64,000 bases of DNA from a candidate division WOR-3 bacterium (lineage in GTDB: Bacteria; Hydrothermota; Tepidihabitantia; Tepidihabitantales; Tepidihabitantaceae): positions 1-64,000 of the forward strand of contig CBFGIT010000009.1 in NCBI GenBank assembly GCA_965648905.1. The letters are read 5' to 3'. Under the pieces are notes generated by a model that did not search any database, was not told the origin of the DNA, and worked only from the letters and a program-made list of their open reading frames with translations. The stretch's first letter is position 1, and each line of letters opens with the position of its first letter. Below, one piece after another: positions 19,291 through 29,014 of the stretch. The translations under genes and the position numbers were made by a program.

Positions 19291-20257
19291 TCTGCCCGCC
19301 TTCCTCCTTCACGACGTAGAGCGGCCGCCCCTGGACCTGACGATAGGTTTTGGCCACGTACTCGCCCAGGACGCCCAGCGAGAGCAGAATCACCCCGCCG
19401 AGAAAGAACAAGCCGCTGGCCAGCATCGAGAAACCCTCGACCGGGATGCCATAGAAGACCTTCTTGACCAAGACAACCAGCAGAAGGATGAAGCTAATCA
19501 GACTGCTGCAGAAACCCAGCACACTCGACAGCCTGAGCAGAGCCGTCGAGAATCCGGTCAGCGCGTCAATGGCAAGGTACAAGCTCTTCAAATAGTTGTA
19601 CTTGGGTTTCCCCCGGAACCGGACCGGACGGTCGTAGCTTACCCCGACCTGACTGAACCCCAGCCAGGCGACCATGCCCCGGGTGAACCGGTTGCGCTCG
19701 GGTAATGCCCGATAGGCTTCGACCGCTTTCCGGTCCATCAGACGGAAGTTGCCGACGTCGCGCGGAACCGGAACCTCGGCCATGGCATTCAGCAGCCGAT
19801 AGAAAAGCCAGGCCGAGCCACGTTTCAGCAGCGACTCGCCGATGCGACGCGAGCGCCGAGCGTAGACGACATCAAACCCCGCGCGCCATTTTTCAAGAAA
19901 GACAGGAATCAACTCAGGCGGGTCCTGCAGGTCCGCGTCCATCAGAACTACTACATCGCCGCGGCAACGCTCCAGCCCTGCGGTACAGGCAGCCTCATGA
20001 CCGAAGTTGCGCGAGAACGTAACGTACCTAACGTGGCTATCGGTCTGCGCCAGCTCTCGGACTATTTCTGCTGAGCGGTCGATGCTGCCGTCATTGACCA
20101 GAACAAGCTCGTAGTTGTCCCCGAGCTGGCCAAGCACGCCGGTGACCCGACGATGCAGCTCAAGCAGATTCTCTTCCTCATTTAGAAGCGGAATGACCAC
20201 TGACACAAACGGATAATCCGGCCGGCGAGTACCATCTGGTGTCATGACTGAGTGCAA
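19283..20257 (-). CDS. GT2 glycosyltransferase (GtrB-like bactoprenol glycosyltransferase)
   Basis: VSVVIPLLNEE, VNDGS, SRNFGHE, MDADLQDPPE, FRLMDR, LGEY..RPLY; start may be ATG 20245. Confidence 0.9.
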   Translation of the reverse strand: MHSVMTPDGTRRPDYPFVSVVIPLLNEEENLLELHRRVTGVLGQLGDNYELVLVNDGSIDRSAEIVRELAQTDSHVRYVTFSRNFGHEAACTAGLERCRGDVVVLMDADLQDPPELIPVFLEKWRAGFDVVYARRSRRIGESLLKRGSAWLFYRLLNAMAEVPVPRDVGNFRLMDRKAVEAYRALPERNRFTRGMVAWLGFSQVGVSYDRPVRFRGKPKYNYLKSLYLAIDALTGFSTALLRLSSVLGFCSSLISFILLLVVLVKKVFYGIPVEGFSMLASGLFFLGGVILLSLGVLGEYVAKTYRQVQGRPLYVVKEEGGQNL

Positions 20258-20308
20258 GTATAGACCAAGGGCGGCATCCGAGTCAAACTCGGCGCTCTAC
20301 TGCTGGGA

Positions 20309-22375
20309 TCAGTCTTCCTCCTCTATCAGGTATGCGCCGATAGAGGTGTCGCGAGCCAAGGCGAGCAAACTGAACCGCAGGCCGCCGGCGCGGTAGTCAC
20401 TACCCCCGTCCATCAGGCGCATGTAGACCGGATGCCGCTCTTCGTCACCTAGAATCCAGAACGCAACTGCCGGCAGGTAATCGAGCATCGTCTGTTGTCC
20501 GGTTGCGAGGGTGCGGTACAACTCAGCATAGGTCAGGCTCACCGCGGGAAAGCTTCGCCATTCTGGCGAAGAGAATTCGGGACGGTAGTGTCCGGGCCAG
20601 AGTCCAAACCGGAAGCAGCCAGCCCAGCGCGACCGGACAAAGTCGGCGAGCAGCGCCAGCGTCTGCCTGATGCTGTCTGCCCTGGCCTTGTCAGCCTCGG
20701 TCTGGAATGTCTCGGCGACAACGACCGAAAACACTGCCACGTTGTTGTGGACAATCCTGGCCCCGGGTACGGCAATGCCGAGTTCGCTGTCGAGCCGCGC
20801 AGCCATGTTACGTCCCCAGCCGGCCGATAAGACCCAGACCGTGTCCCGGCGCCGCAGCCCGTAGACCCGCTGCATACGCCGGCATTCTTTCACAAAGCTG
20901 TCCGGTGTGGGTCCCCACGCTCCCATGCCAACGAACATCACCTCGTTAGACGAACACTCGGTGAAGCCGTTCGGGCTCGCTTCGGGCAGCCCTACCTGGG
21001 ACGAACAGAGGTATCGACGCAGCAACAGGTGAGACTGCTGGTCGGAAAAGACAACACTGCCCGGCCGAGCCACGTTCCGCAGGATTCTTACACCTTCGAG
21101 CAGATACTCCCGACGCAGGTTGTGCCGGTTGGCAAACCAGTTACGGTCTGGTCGTCCTCCCCACTTCCACAGCGGCAGCAAGACCAAGAGCAGCGGAACA
21201 AGCACGCGCAGCCGATGTCCGGCAACCGAGGACAGCGCAAACCCGATTCCGGCAACCACTGGCAGCAAGAGGAACAAGCTATGGCGTGTACCTCCGAAAG
21301 GATAAACCCGCGCTGCGGCAGCGCCGGCAGCAAGAACAAGAGGCGCTCCTAAAAACAGGGCAAAGGCCCTCAGCCGCCGGCCACCCACCCCACGCAGCGC
21401 AAGCAGGAGGATGCCCGCGGCAAACAGCGCGAAGCCAATCCAGCCGCCGGCTCGAGTTGAAATCAGATAGTGAAAGAAAGAACCGGTTGTCTTGACAACG
21501 AAAGCGAGCAGGTTCTCACCTGGCTGGCGGTAGGAATCCTTGAGCATTACCTCGCGGACCCAGCGCTCAAAATCAGTGCCGCGCAGCAAGGCGGCTGAAG
21601 CACGGTAGAGCAGCAGGACAACCGCAGCGCATGCTGCCTGACCGCCCAGCCACACCCCGACAACTCGGGCTGGCATCCGCGCTCGGACCAACCGGAGGAG
21701 CACGTATGCTCCTGCCGCCACTGCAGCCCAGGCAGCCGAGTAGTCATCAAGTATCGCCAGAGCCAGGGCGATGCTGAAGAACAGCATCATCACCGCGGAC
21801 TTCTCTGTCAGCGCCCGCTCCAGAAAGTAGAACGCGGCTGCGAGCAACAGCAGCAGCACGGTATAGGCACGCAGCTCGGCCGACAGGTTGATGTGCTGGG
21901 TGGCAAAGGTGACGAGAAACGCAGCCGCGATTGCGGTTGTTCGATTGACCGCCCGGGCAAGCCACTGATAGATAACCCAGATGCTCACTGTGCCGGCCAA
22001 AAGGGAAAGCAGGCGGAGCCAAAGGTCAGAATCGCCGAGCTGACGCCAGAGGTAGAGAAAAACGTAGTAGAGCGGCGGATGCGGGTTGTCGGTCATGGCC
22101 GAACGCAGCGCTGCGCTCAAGGTCGCTTCGCGGACTGCCAGGTAATTGTATGCCTCATCGGCGTTGAGGCTCATCTGGAGTGCCGGCTGCAGCCGGGCCA
22201 CAACCCCAGCTATCACGCAGGCAAGCACCACCAGCCATACGTGCTTCTCTAACCACTGCTCGACTCTGTCCGCCCGAGCAAGCGGAACAGGCCGCAGCGG
22301 CTCAGTCGCCGGCGTCTCAACCGGAGCCGCAACCGGCTCAGGCAGCAGCGGCTCGACTGGTAGCTCAGACTTCAT
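20309..22375 (-). CDS. GT-C fold membrane glycosyltransferase (PMT_2/GT39-like)
   Basis: SLNADEA, HPPLYY, LRLLS, ELRAY motifs; about 10 TM helices and a soluble C-terminal domain. Confidence 0.8.
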   Translation of the reverse strand: MKSELPVEPLLPEPVAAPVETPATEPLRPVPLARADRVEQWLEKHVWLVVLACVIAGVVARLQPALQMSLNADEAYNYLAVREATLSAALRSAMTDNPHPPLYYVFLYLWRQLGDSDLWLRLLSLLAGTVSIWVIYQWLARAVNRTTAIAAAFLVTFATQHINLSAELRAYTVLLLLLAAAFYFLERALTEKSAVMMLFFSIALALAILDDYSAAWAAVAAGAYVLLRLVRARMPARVVGVWLGGQAACAAVVLLLYRASAALLRGTDFERWVREVMLKDSYRQPGENLLAFVVKTTGSFFHYLISTRAGGWIGFALFAAGILLLALRGVGGRRLRAFALFLGAPLVLAAGAAAARVYPFGGTRHSLFLLLPVVAGIGFALSSVAGHRLRVLVPLLLVLLPLWKWGGRPDRNWFANRHNLRREYLLEGVRILRNVARPGSVVFSDQQSHLLLRRYLCSSQVGLPEASPNGFTECSSNEVMFVGMGAWGPTPDSFVKECRRMQRVYGLRRRDTVWVLSAGWGRNMAARLDSELGIAVPGARIVHNNVAVFSVVVAETFQTEADKARADSIRQTLALLADFVRSRWAGCFRFGLWPGHYRPEFSSPEWRSFPAVSLTYAELYRTLATGQQTMLDYLPAVAFWILGDEERHPVYMRLMDGGSDYRAGGLRFSLLALARDTSIGAYLIEEED

Positions 22376-22377
22376 GG

Positions 22378-23247
22378 CTAGAGTCCGCGCAGGTACTCAG
22401 GCTTGAAACGGTGGTGCGCTATCGCCGAGTCGAGCTCGGCAGTAAGCCGGGCCTTGTCTTTGGGCAGACGGCCAGCCAGGGGCACGTAGTTCGAAGCATG
22501 GTTCGACCGAAAGACCGTGGCCTTTACGTCCACGTGCTGGAGAAAGAGTCTGAGTTCAGCCGCGAACTCCTCCGGCGACGGCAGCTCGAACTCACCCGCC
22601 TTCATCTCCTGCTCAAGTGGCGTGCCGGGTATGACCGTAACCGTAAGTGCAGACAGAAAGTTCGGGCTCATCGCCGACACGACACGGGCCGACTCAAGCG
22701 CATTCTCCTGCCAGAGCTTCCTGCCGCCCATACCCAGCAGGTAGATGACCGACGACTTCATGCCTGCTGCCATCGCCTTCTGAACCGCTTGAACCATCTC
22801 GTCTGCCGTCGCGCCCTTATCAATCAGCCGGAGAATCCGGTCTGAGCCAGACTCAAGACCAAGGTAGAAGATGGTCAGCCGGTGCTCGACCAGGGCCCCT
22901 AGTTCAGCCTCAGACTTGTGCAGGATATCACGCGCGTTGGCATAGACCCCGACCCGCTGCAGCTCCGGGAAGTGCTCCTCAAGGCTTGAGAGCAGCTTGA
23001 GCAGGTAGTTCGTCGGCAGGACGAACGCGTTGCCGTCGCAGAGGAAGACGCGGCGCACTTCCGGACCGTAGTAGTCCCGCGCCCGCCTGACGTCTTCAAG
23101 CACGTCCTCAACTGGTCGGACGCGAAACTGCTTGTCCCGGTACATGGCGCAGAACGAGCAGCGGTTGTGCGAGCAGCCGATGGTTGCCTGGACAAGCAGC
23201 GAGTCTGCCTCAGACGGCGGCCGGAAGATGTTACCTTCGTAGCGCAT
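22378..23247 (-). CDS. Radical SAM protein
   Basis: MRYEGNIFRPPSEA; CSHNRCSFC (CxxxCxxC); YLGLESG; FRSNHASNY. Confidence 0.9.
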   Translation of the reverse strand: MRYEGNIFRPPSEADSLLVQATIGCSHNRCSFCAMYRDKQFRVRPVEDVLEDVRRARDYYGPEVRRVFLCDGNAFVLPTNYLLKLLSSLEEHFPELQRVGVYANARDILHKSEAELGALVEHRLTIFYLGLESGSDRILRLIDKGATADEMVQAVQKAMAAGMKSSVIYLLGMGGRKLWQENALESARVVSAMSPNFLSALTVTVIPGTPLEQEMKAGEFELPSPEEFAAELRLFLQHVDVKATVFRSNHASNYVPLAGRLPKDKARLTAELDSAIAHHRFKPEYLRGL

Positions 23248-23280
23248 CAGCACCAGCGTTGTAGTCGATTGCCAAGTCGC

Positions 23281-24207
23281 CTAGCGAATGAGAAAATGGT
23301 GCCGCCGGGATGAGGCGGTAATCATCTCGCCAATCAGGCCGGTGGCAATGAGCTGGATGCCGACAACAATCAACAGCACCCCGACAATCAGGGCCGCAAG
23401 GTGGTTGCGAAACTCGTCGCCCATGAGTTTGCGCACAAGCACATAGACCTCAAGCCCGAACCCGACAAGCAGCGGAAAAAGGCCGAGCGTGCCGAAGAAA
23501 TGGAGCGGCTTCTGGGTAAACCCGGTGATGAACCGCACGGTCAAGAGGTCCAGCACACCGGTCCAGAACCTGGTGACCCCGTACTTGCTCCGACCGTACT
23601 TGCGCCGGCGGTGCTGCACTCCCACCTCGGCCACACGGAAGCCCTTGAGGAAAGCAAGCTCAGGAATGAAGCGATACAGGTCACCATACAGCTCGAGGCT
23701 TGCGGCCACAGCCCGACGCATGACCCGAAACCCGGAGTTGGAATCGTGCAGGCGCAGACCGAAGAACAGGTGCGCAAGCCAGTTGAACAGCCTCGAGGGC
23801 ACGGTCTTGGTCGGTTCATTCTCCAGTCGTCCCTGTTTCCAGCCGACAACCAGGTCAACCGAGCCAGCCTGGTCCAGTCGCGCCAGCAGTCTGGGCAGCT
23901 CAGCCGGGTCGTCCTGCAGGTCCGCGTCCATCGTGACGACAACTTCGCCCTGTGCTGCATCGAACCCGGCCATGTAGGCCGACGACTTGCCGAAGTTCCG
24001 CCGGAACGAAATCACCCGAACCCGCTGGTCCTGGGCCGCGAGCGCCGCGAGCCGAGCCGGGGTTTCGTCAAACGAACCGTCGTCCACGAACAGCACCTCA
24101 AACCCGCGGCCAAGCTGCTCAAGCACCGGCACCAGCTCGGCACAAAGTTCCGCCACCGACTCTGCCTCGTTGTAGACCGGAATCACGACGCTGTAGCGGA
24201 TGCTCAT
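23281..24207 (-). CDS. GT2 glycosyltransferase (ArnC/DPM1-like)
   Basis: SVVIPVYNEA, VDDGS, RRNFGKS, MDADLQDDP, two C-terminal TM helices. Confidence 0.9.
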   Translation of the reverse strand: MSIRYSVVIPVYNEAESVAELCAELVPVLEQLGRGFEVLFVDDGSFDETPARLAALAAQDQRVRVISFRRNFGKSSAYMAGFDAAQGEVVVTMDADLQDDPAELPRLLARLDQAGSVDLVVGWKQGRLENEPTKTVPSRLFNWLAHLFFGLRLHDSNSGFRVMRRAVAASLELYGDLYRFIPELAFLKGFRVAEVGVQHRRRKYGRSKYGVTRFWTGVLDLLTVRFITGFTQKPLHFFGTLGLFPLLVGFGLEVYVLVRKLMGDEFRNHLAALIVGVLLIVVGIQLIATGLIGEMITASSRRHHFLIR

Positions 24208-24241
24208 CAGACTGCGAGTCTAGGTTGACCTCTTCGGTCTG

Positions 24242-25810
24242 TCAAGGCTGAACCAGAAGTCGGAAGACTCCAAAGCGACCGATTTGCCGGTCACGGCCAT
24301 AGCAGGTCGGGATGAAGTCGCGCAGTTCAGGAAACTCCATCAACGACTCGAACGAGTCCTGGTTGTGGCCGGTCGCCCAGGGTACTGCGTCGCCGTGCTC
24401 GGCCACAAACACTTCGGCCGGGTCCTGGTAATAGACCTGAATCAGCTCAGCGCGGAACCGCTCCTTTTGCCAGTCAGCAACCATCGGGAAGTTGTAGATG
24501 AATCTGGAAACCGTGCCGCGGCGGCAGAGGAAGTTGACGCCCGGCTCAAAACCCCAGATGAACACCCGATCGGTCGGCTCGGTTGTCGCCCGCAGATATT
24601 CGGCCAGTTCGAGGTTGTCCTTGAGCACATAGTCTGAGCCCATGTTGTGGCGCGGACTCACCCAGTACTCACGCAGAGTCTCTCGGCCCGACACGACGTT
24701 GCCCAGGTTGCTGAACAGGCTTCCGTATCCTGCCAGAAGCGCCAGCAGGAACAGGGCTGCAACCGCAGTGACTCCGGCAAGCGTACGCACCCGCGCCAAT
24801 GGCCGAAGCAACACAAACAACCCAAGCGCACCCAGAGCAGCAAAGGCTGGAAACATCGGCAGGTAATGATAGACAAAGAACTTGCCCTGGGAGAAGGCCG
24901 AAGCAAACCCGGTTACGAGCAACACCCCAAGCACACCCAGACCCGCCCGCCACGGCTTGAGCAGGAAGTACGAAGCCAGAGCAGCCGCCAACCCGGCCGC
25001 AGCCAGCACGGCGGGCAGACGCAGTGCTGGTTCCTCTGCCATCTTGCTGACCAGTGCACCAAACCGACCCAATAGCCCGACTCCTGGACTGAGCCGGGCA
25101 TAAGCTGGTACCAGGCCGAACTGACTCTCGATGAACGCGGGCAATGCCCCGGACACCACAAGCCAGGCTGCAGCAACAGCCAGGGTGACGAGGAATCCAG
25201 TCGCTATCCACAGGCAGGCCCGGGCTGCTCCAGCGATGTGTTTTCGTTGCCCGTAGAGCAAGACGAGAGCAACGAATGGCAACATGACCACAGCCGTGTA
25301 CTTGAGCAACGTGGCAAGGCCAATGAGCAACCCGGCAAAGACGCATGAGAGCCAGCGCCTAACACCGGCAGCGTCTTGGGCGACGAGCAGCAGCGCGCCA
25401 AGCAGGGGCAGATTGAGCCAGCCATCGGTCTGGGCTGTGTACCAGAACCCGAGCGGATAGTAGATGAGCGGGTAGAGCGCGCCGGCCAAAGCACCGAGCC
25501 ACGGCTCACCGAACAACCTCCGAACAAGCAGATAGAGGAGCAGGGCCGTGGCCAGGGTCCAGAAAAGGTCGAGCAGTCTGATAGCGGTCATCGTGTGACC
25601 GAACAGGAGCAAGGACAGCGCATGGACAAACGTGGTCAGGGGTGGCTTGATATTGAACACGTCGCGGTACACAACCTTGCCCGAAAGCGCCCAATCCGCA
25701 ATGAATGCGTGGATGCCCTGGTCCCGGCCGTGCGGATAGATGAGCGAAACCGAGCCGAACACCAAGCTGGCGACAACCACGAACAGCAGCGGCCAAAGCC
25801 TGCTCTTCAT
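24242..25810 (-). CDS. GT-C fold membrane glycosyltransferase (GT39-like)
   Basis: GRDQGIH...YRDVFNIKPP luminal-loop motif; multiple TM helices; overlaps upstream stop (ATGA). Confidence 0.78.
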   Translation of the reverse strand: MKSRLWPLLFVVVASLVFGSVSLIYPHGRDQGIHAFIADWALSGKVVYRDVFNIKPPLTTFVHALSLLLFGHTMTAIRLLDLFWTLATALLLYLLVRRLFGEPWLGALAGALYPLIYYPLGFWYTAQTDGWLNLPLLGALLLVAQDAAGVRRWLSCVFAGLLIGLATLLKYTAVVMLPFVALVLLYGQRKHIAGAARACLWIATGFLVTLAVAAAWLVVSGALPAFIESQFGLVPAYARLSPGVGLLGRFGALVSKMAEEPALRLPAVLAAAGLAAALASYFLLKPWRAGLGVLGVLLVTGFASAFSQGKFFVYHYLPMFPAFAALGALGLFVLLRPLARVRTLAGVTAVAALFLLALLAGYGSLFSNLGNVVSGRETLREYWVSPRHNMGSDYVLKDNLELAEYLRATTEPTDRVFIWGFEPGVNFLCRRGTVSRFIYNFPMVADWQKERFRAELIQVYYQDPAEVFVAEHGDAVPWATGHNQDSFESLMEFPELRDFIPTCYGRDRQIGRFGVFRLLVQP

Positions 25811-27408
25811 TCCTTGGTGATGTGGTCGGCGCGGAAGAAGACGTCCACGGTCGAAGTGTTCCAGGCGGGCTGAGGCAGGTCAAACATCCTGACCTTGACG
25901 TACGACCGGCGGTACCAGGGGTCATCATACAGGCTGATGCCGGCAAACGTGCCCATGGTCACGACCACATCCGGGTACAGGCTGCGCACCAGCTCGACTG
26001 ATATGGCGCCGCAGTCTGCGCTGAACCGCTCCGCCATTGGCACCGGCAGAAAAGACAGCGCCTCAGGACTGACCAGGCCGCAGGCGTCCACCAATGGCCC
26101 GTGGTAGTAGTAGCCGAGCGAGCCGACCTCAGGCCCGACAATCACCACGCCCTCAGGCAAGACCTGATTCAGCCATTCCGCAGCATTGCGGTAGGCAACG
26201 ATGCGCGTGCGTACCGGGTCACCAGCCACGCCGATGTCAGTCAGGCCATGGCCGGTCAGTACCCGTGCCGCGGGCTGGCGCAGGAACGTAACGCCGAAAA
26301 AGAGCACAAGCAGAGCAGGGACAACTCCACCCAAGACTCTTGACCCAGGACGCTCGACCGTGGCCAGCCCATTGACACCGGTGACGACCGCGAGATAGAA
26401 CAGTACGACTATCGGCGGGTAGTACCACGGAAACATCAGCGGATTGGTCACAAGATAGAGCAACAGGAACAGCCCCAGCAGGACAAGTACCCACCTCTGC
26501 ATTCTGTTTCCTCGGCCGCGCACATGACCCCACGCTGCCAGCCCGATAAGAAGAAGCAGCACCGCAGTAGCAGCCGAGAACTGCCACTTCACCGGGTCGC
26601 CAGTTGCCGGCCAGGGCGCGAGATTGCCGAGCATCCGGCCGTCGAGCTCTCTGAGGATGCGCACCACCGCATCGCCGAATCCCAGGGGATAGACCGGTCT
26701 TGACTTGGCGGTAATCGAGTGATACACCGGCGTGCCGTAGTAGGCGAATCCAAACACAATCCACGCCAGCCCGGGCAAGAACAGACCCGAGAGCACCGAC
26801 AGCACCCGTGTGCGGCTCGCGGCCAGCCAGACAACGAACACAACCAGGCACAGAAACACCCCTTCAATACGGGCAAGGACCGATAGGCCGGCCAGAATCG
26901 CTGCCGGGACGAACCGGCGCTCGGTAATCTGCCACAGGCTGAAGACCATGAGTGCGCAGAAGAGAAATGTCTCCATGCCGCCGGTCGAAACCCGCAGCAT
27001 GTCATCGCGCACGAGAAAACCGGCGGCAAGCAAGGCCGCCATGCCGGTACGGTCGAGCAGCCGGCGCAGCAGCAGAAAGAGACCGATGCCGAACGCAAGA
27101 TAGTGGACGAAGTTCAGCCGAACTGCGAGGTCAGGCGTTGGGACCGAACGGAACAGAGTCTTGAGCGCTGCCAGATGCACGATGTACAGTGGCGTGGACG
27201 CACCGAAGACCCTCTGCCCCTGGTTGTATACCAGCCCCCTGCCTGCGACCAGGTTGTCAGCGTAGCGGTAGATGATAAAGGCATCGTCCTCGGGATAGAC
27301 CGGCACCGCGAAGTGAACGACCACTGAGTAGATCAGGACCGGCCCGAGCACGACAAGCGCAAGTCCGACGCGACCGCGGCGCCCGGGCTGCACGATTGAG
27401 GCAGACAT
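25807..27408 (-). CDS. GT-C-like polytopic membrane protein
   Basis: EDDAFIIYRYADNL..G.GLVYN.G..V.G.S.PL, GMET, ARIEG; C-terminal E/DVGSLGYY..D.CGLV. Confidence 0.78.
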   Translation of the reverse strand: MSASIVQPGRRGRVGLALVVLGPVLIYSVVVHFAVPVYPEDDAFIIYRYADNLVAGRGLVYNQGQRVFGASTPLYIVHLAALKTLFRSVPTPDLAVRLNFVHYLAFGIGLFLLLRRLLDRTGMAALLAAGFLVRDDMLRVSTGGMETFLFCALMVFSLWQITERRFVPAAILAGLSVLARIEGVFLCLVVFVVWLAASRTRVLSVLSGLFLPGLAWIVFGFAYYGTPVYHSITAKSRPVYPLGFGDAVVRILRELDGRMLGNLAPWPATGDPVKWQFSAATAVLLLLIGLAAWGHVRGRGNRMQRWVLVLLGLFLLLYLVTNPLMFPWYYPPIVVLFYLAVVTGVNGLATVERPGSRVLGGVVPALLVLFFGVTFLRQPAARVLTGHGLTDIGVAGDPVRTRIVAYRNAAEWLNQVLPEGVVIVGPEVGSLGYYYHGPLVDACGLVSPEALSFLPVPMAERFSADCGAISVELVRSLYPDVVVTMGTFAGISLYDDPWYRRSYVKVRMFDLPQPAWNTSTVDVFFRADHITKE

Positions 27409-27592
27409 GACTGTCTATACTCTCCCTGCGCATAGCCGGATTGTCAAGTCCGGTGTTGCTGCAATTGTCGGACAGCGACGCACGCCCGGCTGCTCCAGTT
27501 CATCAACGAGACAGGAATTAGACTGCCGGGCAAAGGCCGGTGCTCGCCCGGTCTCGTCAGACCCTGGTCTCGACGTGCTTCTTCGGTAGCAG

Positions 27593-28882
27593 CTAGCGCA
27601 GCAGCACCAGCCGGCTGACCTGGCCGGCAGCCGCCGTCTCGGGCCGGACAAAGTAAATGCCCGGAGCGAGCTGACTCAGGTCGTTGCGCCCCGGACGCAG
27701 CACCATGACGCTTCTGCCGTCAGGGGTAATGAGCGATGCCGGGTAGGGAATGTGCGGCTCAAGGTCGAGGCTGCCCCGGGCGACAGTCGCCGATAGCTTC
27801 GCGCGCGGGTTTTGCGGCGACTGTCTCTCCTCAAGCCAGGTCCAGCCGTAGACCAGGCCACGTTCGACCGCACCCAGAAAAGGACGCGCGCCGGCATACC
27901 CAGTCAAAGCGTAGAGAGAACATGGTTCAATGACCGCTCCCGCATGTGAGCGCCGCGGCCGCCGCATCGGCGTCTCTGCGGTCCAGGTGTTGGTCGCCAC
28001 GCTGTAACGGTGCACCAGGTTGTAGGCCACGCCTGCACTCTCGCCCCCGCAGACGTAGATGAACGTACCCGAATCCGGGTGGGTGATGGCATGGGCTGTT
28101 GCCCAGCCGCGCGGACGCGGCAGGTTGGCGAGCGTACGCCACGTATTCGCCACTGTGTTGTAGGCATAGCAGTTGGGTATGCCGGTGGTACCTGAGGTGA
28201 AGCCGCCGAACAGGTAGATGGTGTCTCCGACTGCACAGGCAGCCGGGTCGCGCACTGCAACCGGGATGTTGGCCAGCGATGACCACTGATTGGTCAACGG
28301 GTTGTAGACCCGCGCGGCATTGGTTGCCGTGCCACCCGCGGGCGCGCCGCCGAACAGGTACAGTTTGCCGTTGCAGGCGACCATTTCGTAGTAGAGCAGT
28401 TGCGCAACCGGGGCCGCGCCGACCACGGTCCAGGTCCCGGCGACAAGGTCAATGCGGGTAAGGTTATCGTAGTAACCGGCCTTGAGGCTGCCCCAGCCGA
28501 CGTAGATTGAGTCGCCGATGATCTCGACGTCGTGGTTGTGGACCCCGCCACCCGGATGCCCCAGCGTGGTATCGACCTCCCACGTATTGGTCATCGGGTC
28601 GTATATCTGCTGGTACTTGTAGCTCGTGTCATTGAGCATTGTGTTGCCGCAGATAACACGGATTCTCCCCTCCGGGTCAACGACTCCGGCAGTGCGCGTG
28701 AGCGGAACCGGGATACTCTCGCAGAACACCCACGCGATTGAGTCCGTCTCCCCGACCGGAGACCGCCCGGTCCAGTTGAACGGATCAAACTCAGGGTTGC
28801 CGTTGTCGCAGGTCGGCAGCGCTGCCTGAGCAACGGCAACGATGACGAAAACGAACACGGATGCAAGCACGGTCCTGCACAT
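27593..28882 (-). CDS. Secreted Kelch-repeat protein with CTD
   Basis: Signal peptide; repeated IYLFGG...YN..TN.W; C-terminal DGR..LRPGRNDLSQLAPGIYFV; AAGGAGG SD and TTGACA-16bp-TATCAT promoter. Confidence 0.88.
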   Translation of the reverse strand: MCRTVLASVFVFVIVAVAQAALPTCDNGNPEFDPFNWTGRSPVGETDSIAWVFCESIPVPLTRTAGVVDPEGRIRVICGNTMLNDTSYKYQQIYDPMTNTWEVDTTLGHPGGGVHNHDVEIIGDSIYVGWGSLKAGYYDNLTRIDLVAGTWTVVGAAPVAQLLYYEMVACNGKLYLFGGAPAGGTATNAARVYNPLTNQWSSLANIPVAVRDPAACAVGDTIYLFGGFTSGTTGIPNCYAYNTVANTWRTLANLPRPRGWATAHAITHPDSGTFIYVCGGESAGVAYNLVHRYSVATNTWTAETPMRRPRRSHAGAVIEPCSLYALTGYAGARPFLGAVERGLVYGWTWLEERQSPQNPRAKLSATVARGSLDLEPHIPYPASLITPDGRSVMVLRPGRNDLSQLAPGIYFVRPETAAAGQVSRLVLLR

Positions 28883-29014
28883 AGTGCCTCCTTTGGTGAT
28901 TGGCTGTCTTCATGATAAGACCCCATGCCCTGTTGTCAACAGCAGTCGAGCCCAAACCAACGTCTCGATTCCAGCCTTGACTTGCCCCGTGACTGCTCGA
29001 TAATCCTCGTGCTC

